Shown here one piece after another: positions 1-7,280 of a DNA stretch of 32,000 bases. A program made the translations under genes and the position numbers. Positions within the stretch are counted from its first letter, which is position 1, and every line of letters starts with the position of its first letter. The notes beneath the pieces were generated by a model. The model was not told the origin of the DNA. It made no database searches and was given only the letters and a program-made list of their open reading frames with translations. Source of the DNA: Opitutales bacterium (GTDB lineage: Bacteria; Verrucomicrobiota; Verrucomicrobiia; Opitutales; PNEW01); contig CBDCNV010000002.1 in NCBI GenBank assembly GCA_965219535.1, positions 1,590,001 to 1,622,000 on the forward strand. Direction: 5' to 3'.

Positions 1-703
1 CGACGTATCCGAATGTTGTCGCCATCGTCAGCATGCGGTGCTTGACGGCGTCATCCGGGGCCCACGGGGGAAACTCAGGAATATAGCCGAAGCTGAACGT
101 GCCGACGAGTGCTTGGAAGAAATCGGGCCGGACCATGAGGGTTCCGATGATTGTGCCGCTCACCAGAATTCCACAGATCAAAAGCTGTTGCTTTTCCACC
201 TTCTCGTAGGAGAGGCTGATACCGAGTCCCAGCGCGAGCGCGATGAAAAAGGTGGAGATGAGATTCTCCCACACGGGTTCCGAAAACGTGTCGGGGAATG
301 GCAGGACGTGGTGAAACAGATCCCCGCACGGTTTCGCAATTGCCACCCATCCCATGGGCGCGGCAATAATTTCCATCAATAGAATGAGGATAAGCACCCA
401 ACCTCGCGGTCCCGGGAATTTCACTATCCGGTTTCCGATAAACTCGCCGCTGACCGCGGTGTAGCGGCCGATCAAGTAGAGAACGAAGATTCCCTTGACG
501 AGGCAACTGAGCAATACGAGCCACAGCAGATCATAACCTGCCCAGGCACCGGCTCGAACGACGACGATTGTCTCACCCGCACCGATTGCCACGGAGGCAA
601 CGATGGCCGCCGGACCGAACACGCCTAGCAAGCCGACGAGCTTCTTCCACGACCACGGTTCAGAGAAGACCCCCTCGAGTTGGGGGATGTCGAACTTCTT
701 CAT
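1..703 (-). CDS. NRAMP-family divalent-metal transporter, N-terminal ~234 codons (3' end lies beyond the left edge)
   Basis: Missing from the ORF track because it is open at the window edge. The reverse-strand ATG is at 703-701. I checked every tca/tta/cta in that frame down to base 1 and found no stop. The translation MKKFDIPQLEGVFSEPWSWKKLVGLLGVFGPAAIVASVAIGAGETIVVVRAGAWAGYDLLWLVLLSCLVKGIFVLYLIGRYTAVSGEF... is multi-TM. It carries the AGA-x-x-GY-x-LLW stretch I associate with Nramp/MntH TM1-2. Track ORFs 38..382(+) and 75..524(-) are off-frame shadows. Confidence 0.65.
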   Translation of the reverse strand, partial: MKKFDIPQLEGVFSEPWSWKKLVGLLGVFGPAAIVASVAIGAGETIVVVRAGAWAGYDLLWLVLLSCLVKGIFVLYLIGRYTAVSGEFIGNRIVKFPGPRGWVLILILLMEIIAAPMGWVAIAKPCGDLFHHVLPFPDTFSEPVWENLISTFFIALALGLGISLSYEKVEKQQLLICGILVSGTIIGTLMVRPDFFQALVGTFSFGYIPEFPPWAPDDAVKHRMLTMATTFGYV

Positions 704-739
704 GGTAGCAATAATAACACCGTGCCAGTTATTCAGATT

Positions 740-853
740 TCAGATAAGAAATAGCTTTTCAGCCGGCACAGACACGCGCCCGATGAGGCAGACATGAAGC
801 AGCGGTTTCATGGTGATTCATTGCGAGACCATGCCCGAACTGCCCTGAGAAGG
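740..853 (-). repeat. Copy A of a ~113-nt repeated upstream element (inverted relative to copy B at 5986-6097)
   Basis: The reverse complement of 740-853 aligns along its whole length with 5986-6097. The core ggcagttcgggcatggtctcgcaatgaatcac is 32/32 identical (814-845 vs 5994-6025), and both copies end in atttcttatctga. The element ends 36 nt upstream of the NRAMP-like start codon. Confidence 0.85.
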
Positions 854-976
854 CAAGATTTCGCTCTTGTCTAACACACCGGCGATACAGAGCCAGCCGC
901 GGGTGTCGAAGATGTATTTTTGCTCGTGGGTCAGTTCGACTACGGGTAATCCATCCGCGTCGATGAGTTCGGACAT
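818..976 (-). pseudogene. Phytanoyl-CoA dioxygenase (PhyH) family, N-terminal stub (52 codons)
   Basis: ATG at 976-974, stop at 820-818. MSELIDADGLPVVELTHEQKYIFDTRGWLCIAGVLDKSEI matches the N-terminal pattern of the intact PhyH genes in this window (compare MLTPEQIAHFETFGFLFMRQVFSSQEM at 15077). After codon ~41 the reading frame runs into repeat copy A (LPSQGSSGMVSQ*), so the HxD / IPGSH catalytic part is missing. Confidence 0.6.
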
Positions 977-1019
977 TTTGGATTTCTCGATTGTGGGATG
1001 GTCTGATAGTCAGCGGTGA

Positions 1020-3578
1020 TTAATGTTCGTGTGAATGCCCGTGATCGTGCAGAGGCGTATGTTCGTGGAAGACGCCTTGCTTGTGCATGCGCTGGTGCAG
1101 GCGGTTGTGAGCCGCTTCAAGGGTGGCGCGTAATTGCTTGTAGCGTAGGGCTTCGGGCCGGGGGGCCAGGGTGTCGACGTAGGCGATGGCGCCTTCGATC
1201 TGTTCCAGCACGGTCATGGCGTCTTGTTTGGAGAACAGCGGTTTGTCTTCGACGACGACCTGGACGGCGCTGGTGTGGGCGGCGATTTCGCCGTGCTCGC
1301 CCTTATACGAGCCACGCACACGCAGGGCCACCCAGATGGACGAATCGATCTTGACCTGGGCGCTGCCTTCGGCTTCCAGCGCCTTGTCAAAATTGGTCTG
1401 CTCGACGGCCAATCCGCCGACGATGATTTCCACCTGATCGATGGGTACGCCGACCGATTCGACCTTCCAGGAAACGGCGACGTGGCCGCCGGATCCGGGC
1501 AGGTCGATGCGGCTGCCCGGCGCCTGACCTTCCACTTCAATAGATGCCAGCGGGCCGACGGTGACAAAGGTGTTGCCGGCTTTCACCGCGTCCATCCAGT
1601 TGTCGTAAGTGAGCTCGTGGCCGTTGAGGTTGGCGTAGGTGCGCACGCCGCCCAGTTGAGCGCTCGCCGCCATTTTATCGGAGCCGCCGCAGATCGGCAC
1701 GTGGTAGCCCAGATTCAAGTAGCGGTACCAGTCGGCCAGGCCGTAGGGGTTGAGCTGGTTGTCGAGCGGGTTGAAGGTCATCATTTCGACGGCGTGGACC
1801 AGGCCCAGAATGATATCGGCGGCGCGTTCGCACTGGGGGTTGGGGGCGTGTGGCATGACCACTAGACCGTTCTGCCTGATGCACTGTTCGGCCCATTCGG
1901 CCATGGTCAGTTCCTGCGGGTCGCCTACGGCCGATTCGGAGGGGCCGCCGGTGCACAACGGGTGGATCATGGCGCCGGAATAGCCCAATAGGGAAATGTG
2001 GCCCAGCACCTGCATGCGGTTTTCCGTGCCTACACGCACCAGGAATTCGCCGTTGCCGCCCAGTTCTTTGGCGCCGATGGTGGTCTGGCCGTCAAAGTCG
2101 GACACGTTGCTGAACATTTCGCCCCACTGGCTAGCCAGCAGGTTGACGACGTTGACGCCTTCGCCCTCGCCTTCCAGGCGGGCGGTGGTCGGCGACAAAA
2201 AGTGGACGTGAGTGTCGGCGGTAACCCAGCCCCGGCTGCGCCAGTCCAGCACATGTTCCAGTTCAAAAGTGAGTTCGTCGGTGTCGGGGGTGACGGTGAA
2301 GCTGCTGCGGATGGGCTGGATCTCGTAGCCGCGGCTGATATGGATAAAGACCTCGCCCAGCGGCAGGTCGGCGACGCATTCGCCAGGGACGTAGCAGTAC
2401 TGGTTCTGGCCGGCGATAAACTCGCCGTAGTTATCTTCAAACCAGTTGGCGTTGACCTTGCGGTGGTAGCCCTTGGGCGGCAGGTATTCGCCGCTCTGAC
2501 CGTGCAGGTGGAGGCGTGCGGCGACGGGTTGGCAGCTGGCCTTGTCGACGATTTTCAGGATGACCGGGCGGTGCGCCGGAGCTACCTCCATGGCGCCGTT
2601 AGAACCGGGTAGATCGTAGACCTGGTAGTCGCCTTCGCCTTCGCCGGTGGCGATATAGAGTTTGGCCTTGGGGTGGGCCGAGTATTCGATGACCACTTCG
2701 CGCTCCAGCCGGGTGGGCTGCACGTCGGCGGCGTTGCTTGCCCACGCTTGGGGGTCATAGTCGAGGACAGCGCGGGAGGATATGACGGTGCCCAGGTCGA
2801 TGTCGATGTCGTCGAGTTCGTAGATGCCGTTTAGCTCCACCCCTTCGGGCAGGGTCAGGCGGATCTTGCGGCGCACACCGGGGCGTAAGGGGTGTTCATC
2901 TAGTTGGGTCAGGGTGACAGCGTAGATCAGGGCGCGCTCGGTTTGCGGCGTGCAGATGATTTGGGCAATGGGCTGGTCTGGGTGCGGGTTGGGCAGGGCG
3001 TAGATCCACAGTTTTTCGGCCATGCTGTCGCGCGGCGAGCCGTGGCGGGTTTCGCCGCGGCCGTAATCATGGCATTTGTTGCCCAGCCTATTGTCTTCGG
3101 TGTTGGTCAGGAAAACTATCGGCTTCATGGCGGGCATGGCGGTAAAGGCGCTGGCGCCCCAGCCGATGTGGCTTTGCTGAATGGTAAAGCGGCGCAGCAT
3201 TGGCACGCTGGCGGTTTCGCCGTTTTGGTAGTGGAGGGCGTAGTCGGCCACGTGGTCACCCAACTGGTTGCCGTCCTGGGCGCCTTCGGCGAAGCCTTCC
3301 TGGTACTTGGTAGGGCGGTCCTCTACCCGGTGCAGGAAGAGGATGTAGCTGGCCTGGGCGCTGCCCGCGTCCAGGGAGACCGGATCTTTATCAAGCAGCA
3401 CAACGTTGTCCGCGCTTTGCTGGCCTAAAATGAAAGGGATGCCGAGGAAGTCCTGGGCGCCAAAGGCCTTGCCGGTATCCTTAAGGGGTGTCAGGCTGCC
3501 GTCGAGTTGGTCGCGGTCGGTGTTGAAGGCCGCGTCGAGCACTAGGGGGGCGAAGAGATCGGACGGGGGGATTTTCAT
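1020..3578 (-). CDS. Large metal-dependent hydrolase-like protein (PHP/CehA-McbA/amidohydrolase-type DTHVH motif) with His-rich C-terminal tail
   Basis: 852-aa ORF with strongly GC3-biased codons. All overlapping plus-strand ORFs look like antisense shadows. The central WVTADTHVHFLSPTTARLEGEGEGVNVVNLL resembles the metal-binding start of PHP/CehA-like hydrolases. The C-terminus ...HKQGVFHEHTPLHDHGHSHEH is His-rich. The family assignment is tentative. Confidence 0.85.
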   Translation of the reverse strand: MKIPPSDLFAPLVLDAAFNTDRDQLDGSLTPLKDTGKAFGAQDFLGIPFILGQQSADNVVLLDKDPVSLDAGSAQASYILFLHRVEDRPTKYQEGFAEGAQDGNQLGDHVADYALHYQNGETASVPMLRRFTIQQSHIGWGASAFTAMPAMKPIVFLTNTEDNRLGNKCHDYGRGETRHGSPRDSMAEKLWIYALPNPHPDQPIAQIICTPQTERALIYAVTLTQLDEHPLRPGVRRKIRLTLPEGVELNGIYELDDIDIDLGTVISSRAVLDYDPQAWASNAADVQPTRLEREVVIEYSAHPKAKLYIATGEGEGDYQVYDLPGSNGAMEVAPAHRPVILKIVDKASCQPVAARLHLHGQSGEYLPPKGYHRKVNANWFEDNYGEFIAGQNQYCYVPGECVADLPLGEVFIHISRGYEIQPIRSSFTVTPDTDELTFELEHVLDWRSRGWVTADTHVHFLSPTTARLEGEGEGVNVVNLLASQWGEMFSNVSDFDGQTTIGAKELGGNGEFLVRVGTENRMQVLGHISLLGYSGAMIHPLCTGGPSESAVGDPQELTMAEWAEQCIRQNGLVVMPHAPNPQCERAADIILGLVHAVEMMTFNPLDNQLNPYGLADWYRYLNLGYHVPICGGSDKMAASAQLGGVRTYANLNGHELTYDNWMDAVKAGNTFVTVGPLASIEVEGQAPGSRIDLPGSGGHVAVSWKVESVGVPIDQVEIIVGGLAVEQTNFDKALEAEGSAQVKIDSSIWVALRVRGSYKGEHGEIAAHTSAVQVVVEDKPLFSKQDAMTVLEQIEGAIAYVDTLAPRPEALRYKQLRATLEAAHNRLHQRMHKQGVFHEHTPLHDHGHSHEH

Positions 3579-3686
3579 GGTAGCACCTCAATGGTATGGG
3601 CGTTGTATTTGGCCGCGGCAAGAAGCTAAGTTAGTAAAAGGAGTCTAGCCGGGGCAAATCTAATTTTGCGTGGGAAAATATCCGGT

Positions 3687-3735
3687 TGGGGTAGCTGACC
3701 GGATTCGAACCGGCGACCCCCGGAACTATAATCCG
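3687..3735 (-). repeat. tRNA-His-derived 3'-half remnant (degenerate; putative att-site copy 1)
   Basis: The reverse complement reads cggattatagttccgggggtcgccggttcgaatccggtcagctacccca. This gives an anticodon stem ccgga/tccgg, a T arm gccgg-ttcgaat-ccggt, an acceptor 3' strand cagctac, discriminator c and CCA. The anticodon position reads ATA, against GTG in the copy at 19590-19638. No complementary 5' acceptor strand (gtagctg) lies upstream, so this is not an intact tRNA. Confidence 0.75.
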
Positions 3736-3880
3736 GTGCTCTTGATATACCTAGAGACGCTCAGTTGTAGCGGGAAGCTCCTAGGAATTGAAGTCTCACA
3801 CTGTGTTAGTGCCCACTCTTTAAATCAGCTTACATGAGAGTAGGCATTGAGGTCGGTAACCAACACTTAAGTTTTTAAAA

Positions 3881-4696
3881 TTACTTGCGGACATTTTCTA
3901 CGCCCAATTCCTCAAGTCGCGCGATCATTTTATTTCGCGCGGGACTGGTATTTCGTAGCATCAGTTCATTGTACAAGTAAGGCCAATTCTCGCTTAAATG
4001 TTGCCTATGTTGTTTTACCGTATTTCTCAATTCCAATATCTTGAGCAGGTCATTTCCGGGATCCGGCATGTATGTGTTAAAGAGCGTCCTTCGCGGGAGA
4101 CCGTCTTTTCGTTTAAAGGCAGAGTGCCAGAGGTGGTTGTTCCACAAAATAATGTCTCGTGGTTTTATGTGCACAGAAATTGCCCCAGGAATTTTATCCG
4201 GATCGAGTTGCAGGCGCGGACGGTTTCCATTTTCCCAGTAACCACAGGTCTGGAAAAGGGAAGCTGAAAATTCCGGGTGATGGCTACCGGGAATAACATT
4301 TAAAGATCCCGTATCTTTATCCTGCTCATCCAGGTAGAGTGCCATTTTAAAAGTTACGGTATCTTGAGCGGGCTTGCCATCACAATGCCAAGGCGTAAAA
4401 TCTCTGTTCTCCCACATGCTTGACCCCCCAATATAGAGACATCCAGTCCCCCAGATTTCGCACATCGCTTCCATCACTTTAGGGTGTTCGATCAAATTGG
4501 CCAGGATCTCATCCTCAAAAACGAAAGTCTCTGTTTTTTGTGTGCCGATTTCAGAGAAGCGAGTGTATTGCGGAGCAGTTGCGATTAACCGCGTATAGGC
4601 CGTTTCTATCTGTTCAAATTCATCCACACTCAAGCAATTTCTTATCACCACAAAGCCAAAGGCGTGGAACTGTCCGACTTCTAGTTCTGATAACAT
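3881..4696 (-). CDS. Phytanoyl-CoA dioxygenase (PhyH) family Fe(II)/2-oxoglutarate oxygenase
   Basis: 271-aa ORF. It has the N-terminal FHAFGFVVIRNCLSVDEFEQI, the HxD in TPWHCDG, then IPGSHH and the distal His in HLWHSAF. Confidence 0.85.
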   Translation of the reverse strand: MLSELEVGQFHAFGFVVIRNCLSVDEFEQIETAYTRLIATAPQYTRFSEIGTQKTETFVFEDEILANLIEHPKVMEAMCEIWGTGCLYIGGSSMWENRDFTPWHCDGKPAQDTVTFKMALYLDEQDKDTGSLNVIPGSHHPEFSASLFQTCGYWENGNRPRLQLDPDKIPGAISVHIKPRDIILWNNHLWHSAFKRKDGLPRRTLFNTYMPDPGNDLLKILELRNTVKQHRQHLSENWPYLYNELMLRNTSPARNKMIARLEELGVENVRK

Positions 4697-4915
4697 ATCG
4701 GCGTGAGAGAGGATTACGATTGAAGCATAGTTCTTCGGTAAGATTTTTCGCTTTATAGATCAGAGTTTGTCAAAAAGCCATCAAAAAGCTCCCTGTTTCC
4801 CGCAACGAATGTCGAATTTTCCGACTAACGATGAATATCTTCTTTGACTTGTCTAAGTACAATTGCCGAGATGATATTGCAATGCATAGTTAGAACCTAA
4901 ATCTAGAGGAAAACA

Positions 4916-5944
4916 ATGGGAATTGGCGTAGGTATAATTGGCTGGGGCGCGATCTCGGAAATTCTGCATGGCCCGTGTCTGGCGGGGATGGAAGAATGCG
5001 AATTTGTCGCTGTTTGCGACGAGCGAGAAGAGCGATTGTCGCATGCGAAGGAGGTCTACGGCTGCAAAGGATATAAGGACATCGACACTTTTCTCAAGGA
5101 TCCGGATATTCATTTGGTGCTGGTCGCTCTGCCCAATTTCCTGCACGGGCCGACTACGCTCCGCTCCTTGGAAGCGGGGAAGCACGCCATCAGTGAAAAA
5201 CCGATGGCGTTCGGGCTCGCGGAAGCAGAGAATATACTGCGAACAGCGAGGAAGAACGAGTTGATCGTAACAACCCATCAGAACCGCCGATGGGATCCCT
5301 ATTATCTAATGATTCAGGAATTCATTGACGAAGGGAGGTTCGGGAACCCCGTTTTCTTCCAATCCAGAGCCCTCGGCGGTCCCTGGAAGAAGACATGGGC
5401 GGGGAGCAGCAAACTCACCGGAAAAGGCCCGTTCATGTCGTTTGGGCCACACCTGCTGGACCAGATGTTGACGCTGGCTCCTCAGGGTCCTATCTTCGTG
5501 TCCGGCGTGGTGAAATCGATCCTGGCCGAGGACGACTACTTCAATGCCTTCCTTACCTTTTCGGATGGATCGACGGCGCTTATAGAGTTGAGCAAAGCGA
5601 CGCGATTAAAAGGCGCGGAACGGTTCCACATATCCTTTGAAAAGGGCGACCTCATGGTTACGACAGCTGATTCGGAGACGTTCTGGTTGCACCTGAAAGG
5701 GGACGGAGAAAAGGCACAAAAAGAGAAGGTTCCGGAGTCTCCTCCCTTTCCTATTCAGAGCCGGCCGTTTTATCAGAATGTATTCACCGCCATCCGGGGA
5801 GAAGAGCCCCTCATTGTCAAACCCGAGCAGACCCGCAGGTATGCCGCCGTCGCTGAAGCTATTGTGAGATCTTCCGAAGAGAAGCAATCGTTCGTCGTAA
5901 GCTGTGATGAAGCTGCGGATGAAGGTCGAATTGATCCGGCGTGA
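4916..5944 (+). CDS. Gfo/Idh/MocA family NAD(P)-dependent oxidoreductase
   Basis: 342-aa ORF. The N-terminal Rossmann motif is GVGIIGWGAISE and the family EKP motif sits in GKHAISEKPMA. A GGAAA-type purine run lies just upstream of the ATG. Confidence 0.9.
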   Translation: MGIGVGIIGWGAISEILHGPCLAGMEECEFVAVCDEREERLSHAKEVYGCKGYKDIDTFLKDPDIHLVLVALPNFLHGPTTLRSLEAGKHAISEKPMAFGLAEAENILRTARKNELIVTTHQNRRWDPYYLMIQEFIDEGRFGNPVFFQSRALGGPWKKTWAGSSKLTGKGPFMSFGPHLLDQMLTLAPQGPIFVSGVVKSILAEDDYFNAFLTFSDGSTALIELSKATRLKGAERFHISFEKGDLMVTTADSETFWLHLKGDGEKAQKEKVPESPPFPIQSRPFYQNVFTAIRGEEPLIVKPEQTRRYAAVAEAIVRSSEEKQSFVVSCDEAADEGRIDPA

Positions 5945-5985
5945 AAGCAGCTCGAAGTTTGTAGTCGTTCTCACATTGTTCTCGT

Positions 5986-6097
5986 CTTCTCGAGGCAGTT
6001 CGGGCATGGTCTCGCAATGAATCACGATAAAACCGCTGTTTCAGGTCGGCTCAACGGACGCGTGACTCGATCGGCCCATAAGCGATTTCTTATCTGA
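5986..6097 (+). repeat. Copy B of the ~113-nt repeated upstream element
   Basis: See copy A at 740-853. It ends 12 nt upstream of the aldo/keto reductase ATG (spacer gaggaaacgaag, SD-like). The track ORF 5606..6025(-) starts inside it and is probably spurious. Confidence 0.85.
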
Positions 6098-6109
6098 GAG
6101 GAAACGAAG

Positions 6110-7114
6110 ATGGATTATCGAAATTTCGGACGAACAGGGATCAAGGTCAGTCCGCTCTGTCTCGGATGCATGATGTTTGGAGGGAAAACAAATCCCAAGG
6201 ATTCATACCCGATAATAGATCGGGCAATCGATGCGGGAATAAACTTTTTGGATGTAGCTAATGTTTACAATAGGGGGCGCAGTGAGGAGGTCACGGGTGA
6301 AGCGCTCAAACGTAATGGAAAGCGCGACCGTATTATTCTATCCACTAAGGTTCACGGCGCTATGGCTGACGACGACCCCAATGCCCAGGGTAACTCACGT
6401 CGTCATATCATAGAACAATGCGATGCCAGCCTTCGCCGCCTGCAGACCGACTATATTGATCTTTACCAAATTCACCGGCCACAGCCGGACACGCCGATCG
6501 ATGAAACCCTGCGCGCTTTAGATGATCTCATGCATGCGGGTAAGGTCCGCTATATTGGCGCAAGTACTTTTGCGGCGTGGCAGTTTACAGAATCGCTATG
6601 GGTGGCAAAAGAACTGGGATTAAACCGGTTTATCTCTGAGCAGCCCCCCTATAATATACTGGATCGACGCATTGAGCGTGAACTCATACCCATGACCCAG
6701 ACTTATGGAGTGGCCGTCATTCCCTGGAGCCCTTTGGCAGGTGGCATGCTCACAGGTAAATATTCCAAAGATTGGAAAGCGCCCGGTGACGCCCAATATA
6801 ATGAGGCGAAGCCTTTATGGAGCCAAAGACTTACCGACGCGGCTTTTGTAGCCACGGAGGCGCTTAAACCGATCGCCGAAATGAAAGCTTGCCCTCTCTC
6901 GCAATTATCACTCGCGTGGTGCGTGCAGCAACCGGGTGTGACCAGTCCTATTGTCGGACCCCGCACTATGGAGCAGCTCGAAGACAACTTGAAAGCCCTC
7001 GATCTGGCTATTACTGATGATGACCGGAGGAGTATTGACGCGGTAGTGCCACCTGGTCGGATGGTATCCCCCTATTACGAGGCAGATTTTGGCCCCCATC
7101 ATTTTACTTGGTGA
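6110..7114 (+). CDS. Aldo/keto reductase family oxidoreductase
   Basis: 334-aa ORF. MDYRNFGRTGIKVSPLCLGCMMFGG is the classic AKR N-terminus. Also present are DVANVYNRGRSEEVTG, YIDLYQIHRP and GKVRYIGASTF. Confidence 0.92.
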   Translation: MDYRNFGRTGIKVSPLCLGCMMFGGKTNPKDSYPIIDRAIDAGINFLDVANVYNRGRSEEVTGEALKRNGKRDRIILSTKVHGAMADDDPNAQGNSRRHIIEQCDASLRRLQTDYIDLYQIHRPQPDTPIDETLRALDDLMHAGKVRYIGASTFAAWQFTESLWVAKELGLNRFISEQPPYNILDRRIERELIPMTQTYGVAVIPWSPLAGGMLTGKYSKDWKAPGDAQYNEAKPLWSQRLTDAAFVATEALKPIAEMKACPLSQLSLAWCVQQPGVTSPIVGPRTMEQLEDNLKALDLAITDDDRRSIDAVVPPGRMVSPYYEADFGPHHFTW

Positions 7115-7280
7115 TGGTAATAAGCGGTAAGCTTGAAGTGGATTTAATGTAAACCCATCACGGTAGGTCGAACCTATTGCACTAAAATAGTCTTACTATC
7201 ACAGATGTGAATGGCTGGCATATTCCGAAAGCACATTTTACTCGCCAGCTATTTGGCATCATATTAATCGTAATAGCAGC

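Noticed and set aside
38-524. Track ORFs 38..382(+) and 75..524(-) as genes
   Set aside because: The third reverse frame is open from 703 to base 1 and encodes a coherent multi-TM NRAMP-like protein. These two ORFs are shadows of it.
1016-3428. Plus-strand ORFs 1016..1354, 1186..1437, 1224..1865, 1750..1983, 1996..2211, 1998..2612 and 2904..3428, and minus-strand off-frame ORFs 1214..1567, 1675..1956 and 2030..2440
   Set aside because: All lie inside the 852-aa minus-strand gene in a GC-rich region, where long antisense or off-frame ORFs arise by chance. Their translations are Arg/Ala/Gly/Pro-rich low-complexity strings with no recognisable motifs.
3687-3775. An intact tRNA gene at 3.7 kb (and likewise at 19.6 kb)
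   Set aside because: Only the anticodon stem through CCA is present. No 5' acceptor strand complementary to cagctac / cagccac was found, and no convincing D arm. The anticodon ATA in copy 1 is not a normal bacterial anticodon.
5606-6025. 139-aa minus-strand ORF starting MIHCETMPELP, and the matching mini-ORF MVIHCETMPELP* at 811-849
   Set aside because: The shared peptide is a by-product of the repeated ~113-nt element. The rest of the 139-aa ORF is antisense to the well-supported Gfo/Idh/MocA gene.
5986-6097. Integron attC site, because gctcaac (6049-6055) fits RYYYAAC
   Set aside because: No matching GTTRRRY lies downstream. The other copy reads gcctcat at the same position. No integron integrase is present.
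7240-7280. Sigma-54 promoter from the conserved TTGGCA upstream of both Ig-like paralogs (also 12335-12370)
   Set aside because: The -12 GC element is absent at the required spacing in both copies. The motif also sits only ~25 nt from the ATG, too close for a promoter. It is more likely a conserved leader retained from the duplication.
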